From: Synechocystis sp. PCC 6803 substr. PCC-P
Lineage (GTDB): Bacteria > Cyanobacteriota > Cyanobacteriia > Cyanobacteriales > Microcystaceae
Length of the DNA stretch: 32,000 nt
Reading direction: 5' to 3'
Assembly: GCF_000284455.1 (NCBI RefSeq)
Contig: NC_017039.1
Coordinates: forward strand, 630,001 to 662,000
Shown: positions 10,839 to 22,200 of the stretch, one piece after another
Layout of the letters: every line of letters begins with the position of its first letter
How positions within the stretch are numbered: position 1 is the stretch's first letter
Notes under the pieces: model-generated
Told to the model about the DNA's origin: nothing
Seen by the model: only the letters and a program-made list of their open reading frames with translations
The model's database searches: none
Made by a program: the position numbers and the translations under genes

Positions 10839-12128
10839 GTGACCTATTCCCCTGTTGTTGAATCCGTCGAAGCCCAAGCTTTTGCCGTAACCGACCTATC
10901 CCCTGCCGCCGAGTTTAAAACCGCAGATTTTGATACCTATGTGATGAACACCTATGGGCGATTTCCCATTGCGATCGCCAGGGGTCAGGGCAGTACTTTA
11001 TGGGATACCGAGGGCAAGAGTTATCTTGATTTTGTCGCTGGCATTGCCACCTGTACCCTTGGCCACGCCCATCCGGCCTTGGTTAGGGCGGTTTCTGACC
11101 AAATTCAAAAGCTCCACCACGTCTCAAACTTGTACTATATTCCCGAACAAGGGGAGTTGGCTAAATGGATTGTGGAGCATTCCTGTGCGGACCGGGTTTT
11201 CTTTTGCAACTCTGGGGCAGAGGCCAATGAAGCGGCGATTAAATTAGTGCGAAAATATGCCCACACTGTCCTGGATTTCCTCGAACAGCCCGTTATTCTC
11301 ACCGCCAAAGCTAGTTTCCACGGCCGTACCCTAGCCACCATCACCGCCACGGGCCAGCCTAAATATCAGCAATATTTTGACCCTCTGGTGCCCGGCTTTG
11401 ACTACGTACCCTATAACGATATTCGCTCTTTGGAAAATAAAGTGGCTGATTTAGATGAAGGTAATAGTCGAGTGGCAGCCATTTTCCTCGAACCTCTCCA
11501 AGGGGAGGGGGGAGTCCGCCCTGGGGATTTGGCCTATTTCAAACGGGTGCGGGAGATCTGTGACCAAAACGATATTTTGTTGGTCTTTGACGAAGTGCAA
11601 GTGGGGGTAGGACGCACTGGCAAGTTGTGGGGCTACGAACATCTAGGGGTGGAGCCAGACATTTTCACCAGTGCCAAGGGTCTGGCCGGGGGCGTTCCCA
11701 TTGGGGCGATGATGTGCAAAAAATTCTGTGACGTATTTGAGCCGGGCAACCATGCCAGTACCTTTGGTGGTAATCCCCTGGCCTGTGCCGCTGGGCTAGC
11801 GGTCTTAAAAACCATTGAAGGCGATCGCCTGTTGGACAATGTCCAGGCCCGGGGGGAACAGCTACGGAGTGGTTTGGCGGAAATTAAAAATCAATATCCC
11901 ACACTCTTTACCGAAGTCCGGGGTTGGGGCTTAATCAACGGTCTGGAAATTAGCGCCGAAAGTTCCCTCACCTCCGTTGAAATTGTCAAAGCCGCCATGG
12001 AACAGGGTTTACTCCTGGCCCCCGCTGGTCCCAAAGTGTTACGGTTTGTGCCCCCCCTAGTGGTGACGGAAGCAGAAATTGCCCAGGCAGTGGAAATTCT
12101 CCGTCAGGCGATCGCCACTTTGGTTTGA
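10839..12128 (+). CDS. argD: Acetylornithine aminotransferase
   Basis: Class III aminotransferase: 'LWDTEGKSYLDFVAGIATCTLGHAHPALV...FFCNSGAEANEAAIKLVRKY...LLVFDEVQVGVGRTGKLWGYEHLGVEPDIFTSAKGLAGGVPIGAM'. Confidence 0.95.
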   Translation: MTYSPVVESVEAQAFAVTDLSPAAEFKTADFDTYVMNTYGRFPIAIARGQGSTLWDTEGKSYLDFVAGIATCTLGHAHPALVRAVSDQIQKLHHVSNLYYIPEQGELAKWIVEHSCADRVFFCNSGAEANEAAIKLVRKYAHTVLDFLEQPVILTAKASFHGRTLATITATGQPKYQQYFDPLVPGFDYVPYNDIRSLENKVADLDEGNSRVAAIFLEPLQGEGGVRPGDLAYFKRVREICDQNDILLVFDEVQVGVGRTGKLWGYEHLGVEPDIFTSAKGLAGGVPIGAMMCKKFCDVFEPGNHASTFGGNPLACAAGLAVLKTIEGDRLLDNVQARGEQLRSGLAEIKNQYPTLFTEVRGWGLINGLEISAESSLTSVEIVKAAMEQGLLLAPAGPKVLRFVPPLVVTEAEIAQAVEILRQAIATLV

Positions 12129-12254
12129 TCAGTTAATTATTGAATAAATATCACACCGTCCTAGTTTTTAAATCGCAGTCTGGGGCGGTTTGTTACTGGG
12201 AAATCAAACCATTGGCCTAGTTGACTTGCTGAAATTTTTTCTCCTTGCCACGCC

Positions 12255-12569
12255 ATGAAAAACCTTTGGCAATTGCCCGATCGCCTACCGGATCAAGAGC
12301 AATTTGACCTGCTGCTGGAAAATAAAAATATTACTTTAGAACGAATTATTTCCACTGGGCAGATAACTCCGCCAGGGGAATGGTATGACCAAGACCGTCC
12401 AGAATGGGTAGTATTGTTGCAGGGAAAAGCAGAAATAACCTACGATACCGGTGCAGTGATTAGCCTTGGTCAAGGGGATTATCTGCTCATTCCGGCTCGG
12501 CAAAAACATCGGGTAACATTTACCACTCATGAACCCCCTTGCATTTGGCTAGCTTTACATTTTAGTTAA
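12255..12569 (+). CDS. Small single-domain cupin protein
   Basis: 'EWVVLLQGKAEITYDTGAVISLGQGDYLLIPARQKHRVTFT' cupin motif. Confidence 0.85.
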   Translation: MKNLWQLPDRLPDQEQFDLLLENKNITLERIISTGQITPPGEWYDQDRPEWVVLLQGKAEITYDTGAVISLGQGDYLLIPARQKHRVTFTTHEPPCIWLALHFS

Positions 12570-12575
12570 ATCCCT

Positions 12576-13217
12576 ATGTCCCTAGAGCGTCAAACTTTAA
12601 AGCAAAAACTATCAACCTTAATTCAACCGCTACAAACAGCAAAGCGGGGCGCTCCCCTCACCAATCGTACTTTATCTGCCACCACCTGCCAACAAATTGA
12701 ATCCCTAGTGACGGCGATCGAAGCCTTAAATCCTAACCTATCCCCACTGTTATACTCACCCCAATTATTAGATGGCAATTGGTGGTTAAATTACTCCACT
12801 GCCAGGGAAATTAGATCCCTAGATAAGTTGCCCCTGGGGCTGAAAGTTGGCCGTATTTATCAAATCATTAACGTCCCCAATCAATCGTTTCTAAATCAAG
12901 CTTTTGTTTACCATCCCCTGGGGCTAGCAAAAGGTTATGTCAAAGTAACAGCAAAGTTTGAAATTGCCAAACCGGCTGGGACAGTGCTACCGGATAAGCG
13001 CATCAATGTGGAATTTTTAGAAAGAATGATTTCCATTCAAAAATTAATGGGTGTCCCCACCCCCAAGTTAGACCCAGCCAAAGTTGTACCTGCCCGATCG
13101 CCAGAGGGAAGAATTCCTTTCTTAGAAATCACCTACCTTGATGATGATTTGAGAATCGGTAGAGGTGGCGAAGGTAGTCTATTTGTGTTGTCAAAAGTGT
13201 CTGAAGTTACCCCATAG
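12576..13217 (+). CDS. PAP/fibrillin (plastoglobulin-like) family protein
   Basis: 'SPLLYSPQLLDGNWWLNYSTAREIRSL...VGRIYQIINV...INVEFLE...PFLEITYLDDDLRIGRGGEGSLFVLSKV' typical of fibrillins. Confidence 0.88.
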   Translation: MSLERQTLKQKLSTLIQPLQTAKRGAPLTNRTLSATTCQQIESLVTAIEALNPNLSPLLYSPQLLDGNWWLNYSTAREIRSLDKLPLGLKVGRIYQIINVPNQSFLNQAFVYHPLGLAKGYVKVTAKFEIAKPAGTVLPDKRINVEFLERMISIQKLMGVPTPKLDPAKVVPARSPEGRIPFLEITYLDDDLRIGRGGEGSLFVLSKVSEVTP

Positions 13218-13245
13218 AATTAACTATGATTGAGAGCAGAAGCTC

Positions 13246-13584
13246 ATGAAAAATAAGTTGGGAATAATATTAGTTTGTAACTGTTTGTTTTCCCTCTTTA
13301 TTAATCGTGGTGTGGGAGCGGAAGAAACCATTAACATTGGCGATTGTAGCTTCAATGGCCATCCCCTCTACGGCAAAATTCAATTAGTTGGCTCTTTCCC
13401 CGATCTCACAGTGCAGGTGGTCAGTTCTTTTCCCGATCTTAAGGTGCAACTAGTGGAAAGTTTTCCCAATCAATGTGGGCAATGGCAAATTGTCACCTCC
13501 TTTCCCGATACCAAAGTTCAAATTGTCGAATCCTTTCCCGACGTTAAAATTCAGTACGTGGATAGTTTTCCTGGCCTGCCGTAA
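13246..13584 (+). CDS. Short exported protein with tandem 'xVQxVxSFPD' repeats
   Basis: Signal peptide-like N-terminus (MKNKLGIILVCNCLFSLFINRGVGAEE) followed by six SFP motifs at 11-13 aa spacing. Confidence 0.8.
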   Translation: MKNKLGIILVCNCLFSLFINRGVGAEETINIGDCSFNGHPLYGKIQLVGSFPDLTVQVVSSFPDLKVQLVESFPNQCGQWQIVTSFPDTKVQIVESFPDVKIQYVDSFPGLP

Positions 13585-13650
13585 CCTTAATCTTTGCCAA
13601 TATTTTTCGGCATATTTTTGGGTGTTTCCCCAGGAAAAATTAGGGGGAAA

Positions 13651-14481
13651 CTAGTTTAGCAGCGCCGCTCCATGCCAATCCATGTGATCACCGATGAAAC
13701 TAGCAATAAAGTAATAGCTATGGTCATAGCCCGGTTGCATACGGAGGGTGAGGGGATGGTTAGCCGCCGTGCAGGCCGCTTGGAGTAACTCTGGCCGCAA
13801 TTGGGTAGGGAGGAATGGATCAGCGTCGCCATAGTCCACGAAAAATGGTAGCCGCTCTGGAGCCGATTTAATCAGAGCACAGGTATCCCAAGCTTGCCAG
13901 CTTAACTGGTTATCCCCTAAATAAGCTTGGAAGGCCTTTTGTCCCCAGGGAACTTGAGTGGGGGCAACAATGGGAGAGAAGGTGGAAACACTGCGATAAC
14001 GACCGGGATTACGCAGGGCAATGACTAGGGCCCCATGGCCCCCCATGGAATGGCCAAAAATACTCCGGGCATCGGTGGCGGCAAAATTAGCCTCAATCCA
14101 CGTAGGCAGCTCTTGCACAATGTAATCATGCATTTGATAGTGGGCTGCCCAGGGAGGTTGGGTGGCGTTGAGATAGAAACCGGCTCCCATACCGAGGTCA
14201 TAATCTTCAGAATCAGTTACGCCTTCACCCCGGGGGCTAGTGTCTGGCGTCACCATAATTAGTCCATGCTTTGCTGCGTGCTGCTGTAGACCCGATTTAG
14301 TGATGGCATTTTGTTCAGTACAGGTGAGGCCAGACAGCCAGTACAAAACTGGGCAATGTTGGTTAGTAGCCTGGGGAGGCAGGTAAACGCCAACGTTCAT
14401 GGTGCAATTAAGCACAGCGCTGTGATGGCTATAAACGCTTTGCCAACCCCCAAAGCTGGCGTGGTGTTCTAATCGTTCCAT
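13651..14481 (-). CDS. fghA: S-formylglutathione hydrolase / esterase D family
   Basis: 'MNVGVYLPPQA...PVLYWLSGLTCTEQNAITKSGLQQHAAKHGLIMVTPDTSPRG...FGHSMGGHGALVIALRNPGRYRSVSTFSPI...GYDHSYYFIASFI'. Confidence 0.95.
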   Translation of the reverse strand: MERLEHHASFGGWQSVYSHHSAVLNCTMNVGVYLPPQATNQHCPVLYWLSGLTCTEQNAITKSGLQQHAAKHGLIMVTPDTSPRGEGVTDSEDYDLGMGAGFYLNATQPPWAAHYQMHDYIVQELPTWIEANFAATDARSIFGHSMGGHGALVIALRNPGRYRSVSTFSPIVAPTQVPWGQKAFQAYLGDNQLSWQAWDTCALIKSAPERLPFFVDYGDADPFLPTQLRPELLQAACTAANHPLTLRMQPGYDHSYYFIASFIGDHMDWHGAALLN

Positions 14482-14489
14482 GGGTTGTA

Positions 14490-15608
<1,119 letters not shown>

Positions 15609-15627
15609 TTAACGTTGAAGGGAATAA

Positions 15628-15700
15628 CGGGTGCGGCAGGATTCGAACCTGCGACCGTCCGCTTAGAAGGCGGATGCTCTATCCACTGAGCTACGCACCC
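15628..15700 (-). tRNA. tRNA-Arg (anticodon UCU)
   Basis: Minus strand GGGTGCG TAGCTCAGTGGATAGAGCA ... CCGCCTTCTAAGCGG ... GCAGGTTCGAATCCTGC CGCACCC; anticodon TCT. Confidence 0.96.
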
Positions 15701-16230
15701 AGGCTTGCTACTCAATTCCATTCTCCCATATTTTTTGGGGCTAGGATTTCGGTGTTAATGGAATATTTCCGGGGGACAGGGAAAGGATAGTTGACAGCTA
15801 CGGCTGTTGACAGTGCACATCGGGACTGGGCAAAAGAGCAACAGATGGGGGCTTGCTGACATCATTACCCCGTTCCTTTTTGGCAACGGTCATTTGGGTG
15901 TGAATTTTTGTATCTTTCGCCTTTGCGTAGCGCATTTTTCAATAAAGGTCAATATACCATTAGTAGATTGTTTGGTTCATACCACGAAAAAATTGAGTCC
16001 CTGTTGAGACCGTCACCGTGGTTTTAAATCTTACCGACGGTCTTTTCGCCATTATTGCAAGACTGCCCTGGTGGGCCGGGAGCCCAGGGAGATAAGTTTT
16101 AGCACGCTGTCTATGACCCGAATTCTGCTAGTTAGAGCAACGCTCAGGCGATCACCAATATTGCTGGCCAGTCCATCAAAAGCCTGAATTTGACCGTCGA
16201 CCCTCATTTTATTTGTGGAGCCTAGCCTTA

Positions 16231-19200
16231 ATGAGTATAACTTTATCTGATCGCCTTTCTGCCGTTGTTCAAGACAGTGCCGGAACGAGTCATATTGTTT
16301 GGCTAGAAGGAACCAATATTTGGCACGCTGTTTATGACCCAGTTTCTCAGACATGGAAAAATGCCCAGGCCATTGTCAATACCGCTGGTCAGAACATCCG
16401 AAGTCTTAATTTGGTTGCCGATTCAGGGTTAATTGTCGAATCTGGAACAAGCAATAATACGCTGATTCCAGGCGTGGCAGTTATTTATCAAGAAGGTCTG
16501 GAAAACGACAGTAACTTTTTCTATACCGCGGCGCGCTATGACAATGTTGGCAAACTGCAATGGCTCGAAGCCCCCCAGGCCCTGACAGCGGATCAAGTGG
16601 GGGATTTAGAACCTCGGGCGGTGGTAGACAACGGGGTTATTACAGTAGTCGGGCAAAAAGTTGATCTCGTCAAAGCCCAAAACCAGGCCATCCGGGAAGA
16701 TGCGGATCCATACTATCAAACCTTTCAAATTTACAGCAATCAGTTTTCCACAATCCCATCAACCCCAGTTACGCCCATCGCCGCTTATGCTCCCCAGATT
16801 ACTAAAGATGGTGTCGTTCAAGGCAACTACATTCAGCGGGACCAAAATACTGTGGCCGCATTACCCAGTGCTACTTACCAACCCTTGACCCTTGCAGAAA
16901 CACAATCCAGTAGCTTTCAGGGATGGGGGGCAAATTGGACAGTCTCCCAGACATTTGACACTAACCTAAGCAACTTAAAACTTTTTAAGGGAATGGCGGG
17001 TGTTCCTGAGGCTCTGCTTACGCCCATTTTTAAGAAATTCAATATTACTGGAACATTACTGGGATCTTCAGGTAACAATCCTAATCTTTCATTTTTTGGT
17101 GGCGGAATCAGTACAGAGGGAATATTACTCAATGCCTCGATGGCGGTTCAATTCAATGAAGATGACCAGGACACCAACAATACCTCATCTGGAACTGCAG
17201 GAAGCAGTCTCAATCCGGCAGAAAATACAACACAACTCTCCCGTAAGCCAGAAATTTCCCTCTCTGCCATTGCCGCGACCCTTTATACCTTTGATAAAAG
17301 CTTAGGTGAAGACAATCTTTCCTATCCTTTAACAGTAGAAACGGGCAGTCTTGGCCTAACAGTTGGCTTTACATTTCCGATTCCGATTGAAGGAACACCC
17401 ATTCTCTTTAACTTTTTAGGTAGTGCTGGCCTGGGAATGCAGTGGCAATTATCTCCGAAAGACCCTCAAACCTATGTGTCTCCTGTTGGGGCAGTTTTAT
17501 CTCCTACGGGTGGTGATTCTGATGCGGTACTGGCAGTCCTGTTTAATGTTCCTCCCTTGGGTGCTATCACGGCGATCGGACTGGCGGTAATCTCTGATAT
17601 TACTGAAGTAGTTGAGTTGATTTTCACCGACGTTGATCCTGACGGCAATGAAGCCATAGAACTCGAATCCTTGTTATTTTCGATACCGATTGCGACTGGT
17701 ATTGATGGCGGGATTAAAATCCCCTATGTTTTTGAAGCCTTAGCTGGGATTCAGGCGAGCTTAGTCGGAACCGTTGGCGGCACTCGGTCGGCGGATAATG
17801 GTGCATTTCAATATGACCGAGATCTAAGCCTGGGATTTCCGATGAATATCACCATTAAATTCTTGGGTTTTCTTGGCGGAACAGTGGGTATCTATCCCTA
17901 TTGGACTTGGGGTGATGATCCCAGTAGTAGTGCCAGTAATAGTGATTTCGCCACCCTTAATCAAGCCAGTGCCGATTCTCCCACGGCAATTGTGAGAGGG
18001 CCGCTATTAGAAATCCAAGGGTTACAAACTAACGGCACCCCCCAGGCCACAGATTTCCAAGTTAACGTCAAAGACCCCCTAGGCCAGACCACAACAGTTC
18101 CAGTTTTTGGGGTGATCACTCAGGGCAATACGACCATTCTCCGGCTTGAATCAGCAATTCCGCAAACCAACTTAAACGATCAGCCTTTTTCAAATATTAA
18201 GGTTACTTATCAAAATAATGCTCCGATTCCTGTTGTTAATCAATCGGCCAATACCTTTACCTATAATTACAATCCGATTAGTGGTACTAACAGTAATTAT
18301 CAAGTCACAGGTCAGCAGGTTGTAATTGCCTTTAATGCCACTCTAAATCCCAACATCATACCCGATTCATCTCTATTTCAAGTTACGGATACCAATGGCA
18401 ATTCAATCTCAATTTCCTCTGTTATTGTAACGTCTCGCAGTGTGATCTTAACTCTATCCGGATCGAGCAGCACCTATAGCGTTAGTTATTCGGGTAGTAG
18501 CAGTTCTGGAAATGTATTAACCACAGAAGATAATGTTGCAATTAGTGATTTTAAGATTGCCAGTAATACGCCACCAAGCACCGCTGGACAAGTGAATCGT
18601 ACCTATAGCAACGTGCCAGCAGGAACCACAAGTGCAATTACAACTAACCCCCTGCTCGGTAGTACAGTGGCCCAAGATTATGCTGAGGATAGCCCACCTG
18701 CTTTAGCTGTCACTGATTCTGGTGTGTTGCTGGCCTGGAGTAGTGATACCCCGCCGATTACACCCATTTCTGCCTTGCTATCGGGAACTACGATTATCCT
18801 CACTTTTGCTGACACCCTCGTAAATCTAATTAATACCAACAAGGCCACTAGTAATCCGTTTACAGTTCTAATTAATAATCAAAGTGTTGAAATTCAGGAT
18901 TCATCTAGCACAGGAAATTATGTTGCAATTTCGTTGAATTCAAGTACTGTTATTGATGCTGACGATACGATCTCGGTTAGCTACAGCATTGATTCCACAC
19001 TAGAAAATAGCCTCTTTAATCTTTACCTTTCTGATGCCACAGATTTCGCCTTGTGGGTGCCTGACTTTACCACGCCTGTGACGCAAGCAGCTAGTTCAAC
19101 CAATGCCCCAACGCTATTAGAAGCAGTGGCAATTTCCAATGTCATTACGCTCACCTTTGACCAAATCCTTTCATCTAGCAATCTTCCTCCTGGAAGTCAA

Positions 19201-22200
19201 TTTAAGGTTACAGTCAACAATTCCGATAATTTTATTACTGTGATCAATGAGGTAACAATTGAGAATAATTCTGTTACTTTGCCCTTATCAGAACCCATTG
19301 GACAAGGCGATATTGTTACCGTTAGCTATAGTTCTGGTGCTGGCACATTAGTTAATAGTAATAATATTCCCGTTGCTCCCTTTACAACAAGCGATATTCT
19401 GACCACATTTGCGAATCCTGGGACGGTGATTAAAACACTTTTAGCCACTCCCAGCACCTCAAGCGTTAGTATTGCCTATCCAAGCTCAATTATTGGGACA
19501 AGTGGCTTAAATTACGATCCAGCCGTGTATTTTAACCAGGCCACAAATCAGGTATTTGCTGCTTGGGTGAATGTTGATAGTAGCCAAATTCAGAATCAAC
19601 TCATCCCAGGCCAATATTATAGCAACTTAGAGATTATTACCCAGGCCCTGCAAAGCTCAACTATTTACTTTTCTGTTGCCTCTTTAAAGGATCTTGGTGA
19701 TCTTGGCCCCAACGGTCAAATCATTCCCTGGTCAGTGGCCGCCCCCATTCCCCACCAGCAAACAGGACAGAATACCAATGTCACGCTTGGCCTGGGGCCT
19801 GATGGTTCGATTATGGCGGCCTGGTTAAATACCACACTGGATAATAATGGTACGCCCACAACCACGATTTACTATTCCACACTCAATCAAAATGATAGCT
19901 CCCCGGTCTGGTCTGCCCCTGTTCCCATACTTCCCGACATTAATCCCGATGCCTTTACGCCCCTAACCATTAGTACGATCAATCAACAACCAGCAATTTT
20001 CTGGACTGAATCTTCCCCAGCATCCTATCGTCAGTTAGTTCTTAATGCCGCCCCATCGGTTTATTTACGTCTTGGGGAAAGGACTGGTGATGTAGCCCGC
20101 AATAGTGGTCAGTTTCAAGCCGCCGCCAATGGCACCTATAGCGGTACTTTTACTCTGGGGGAAATGGGAGCCTTAGAAACCACAAGTAACACTGGTGATC
20201 CCAATCCTGCCGTGCTGTTTCAAGGTGGGGGTGTAACGCTTGATCAACCTGTACCTCTGACAAACCAGGCTTTTGCGATTGAGTTTTGGTTTAAGTTGCC
20301 CAATTTACCTCGGGAATCTATCAATCTAGTTTCCGCACTGGGATTATTTGGCCTGGGCCTGGAGGTTGATCCCAATGATCCTAATGCGCCACCGAAACTT
20401 ACCTTTGGCCTGGGTAATGATGATCAGAGCCAAATCCAAGCTAGTGAAACCTTTGCCACTGATGTTTGGTATTACGTTGTTGGTACCTATGATGGCTCAA
20501 GTCAAAACCTGAGTTTGTATCTCAATGGTGTCTTAGCTGGAACCCTGGATGATGTGGAATTTGATCCGTTTCCCACCGCAGCGGCCTTAGCTTTAGCAGG
20601 GGCTTCTACAGCGAATAATCCGGTTTATTTAGATGAAGTGGCATTCTATCCCAAGGCATTAACAGCTTCTAATGTCAATGCGGCAGATTTAACCAATGCA
20701 AATTTCCAAAACCTAACAGGTAGCCAAATTCTTGAGATCATTGCGGGGACAAATCAAATTGGCAACCACTACGCCGCCCAATACAACCAGCCGGTTCCCC
20801 CAGGCCCTAATACTTATTATTCCGTTTCGGATGGTTCAAGTTGGCAACTCCCTAGTCAAATTAACCCCACACCCGCAATCGTTCCCACCCAGTTAGCCGG
20901 GGCCAATATCCCTGTTTTCGATTTAGTCTCTGCCACTCCCGCCCAGGCCAGCACCGCGATTGCGCCCAATGGAATTGCTGATGCCGTTTATCAGATTTCG
21001 CTTTCTAATCCAAACTTAACTATCAGCGGAATTAAAGTTACTAGTGGCAACCAGGCCTGGGCGATTGGCACCGACGACAATGGCACAGCACTCACGGGTA
21101 ATCAGCTTGGCCTACTTTTAGGAGATACCCTACTCAACAGTCTTAATCCCGATACTCAATCCTTTAGCTATCCAATTCAGGGATATACCGAAAATCTCTT
21201 TTTATTCATTGATCCCGGCAGTTCCAATACTACTCTTGGGCCAGTTGAAGTTACGGTTTATTTCGAAAACAACGATAATACCCCTACACCGTTTTCTGTT
21301 GCTCCCTATCAGATAAATATGGCAACAATGGGGCCAGATCAAACAGTTACAGGAACAGCAACGGTTACTGAAGCCAATGATTCCTCCCTCGCCCTAATTG
21401 ATAGTGGGTTTATTATTAATTCCGATAATCCGGCGATCGGGTATGTTTTGGCCAGTGCGTTTAATTCCGATGGTACTTTAGCCTATGTGGCAGTGGGGAA
21501 TCGTGGCTATAGCGACAGTCAGGGCAATGTTCTTAACAACGGGACTGTCCAGATCTTGTTTAGTTGCAGTGATATTCTCTCTGGCAGTGGCTCATTAAGT
21601 ACAACAATTCTCAATGGCAATCCTGATGGGGTTTTAATTACCAATATTCAAGATGCGGGGGATAATCAGCGGAACCTTTCGCTTTCCTTAGCTACGGGAG
21701 ATATTGACGGGGATAGCATTCCTGATTTAGTGATTGGTGCGCCCAATGTGGGTAACTTTGCTGGAGCGGTTTACGTCATCTATGGCAGTTATCTCAGCAA
21801 TCAAAAAGGACAAATAATTGATGTCACAAATCTCAGCACGAAACCTAACACTATGGGTTTTGTGGTTAATGGCAATGAAGCGGAAGACTTAGCGGGCTTT
21901 TCAGTAGTGGTGGGGAACTTTGATGGGGATAGCTATGGTGACATTGTTTACGGTGCGCCCTACGCCAAAGATAGTAACGGGAATCGGGTTGGCCAGGTTT
22001 ATCTAGTTGCTGGTTTTGCCCAAGGAAGTGCTCCAGACTCAATTAGCCCTACAGTCATTTATTCTGGCAAAAGTTTTGATATTCCCAATCCCCAACCGAA
22101 TCCACCAAGTCAAACCCTAACAGTGGGTGAAGGGGCAGGGTTTGCACTGGGAGTTTCACGGCGACTGAGTAATGGACCATCTACATTTACAGGTAGCACA

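Noticed and set aside
16052-16354. 100-aa minus-strand ORF across the giant gene start
   Set aside because: Overlaps the supported start of the giant CDS and has no domain-like features; considered chance.
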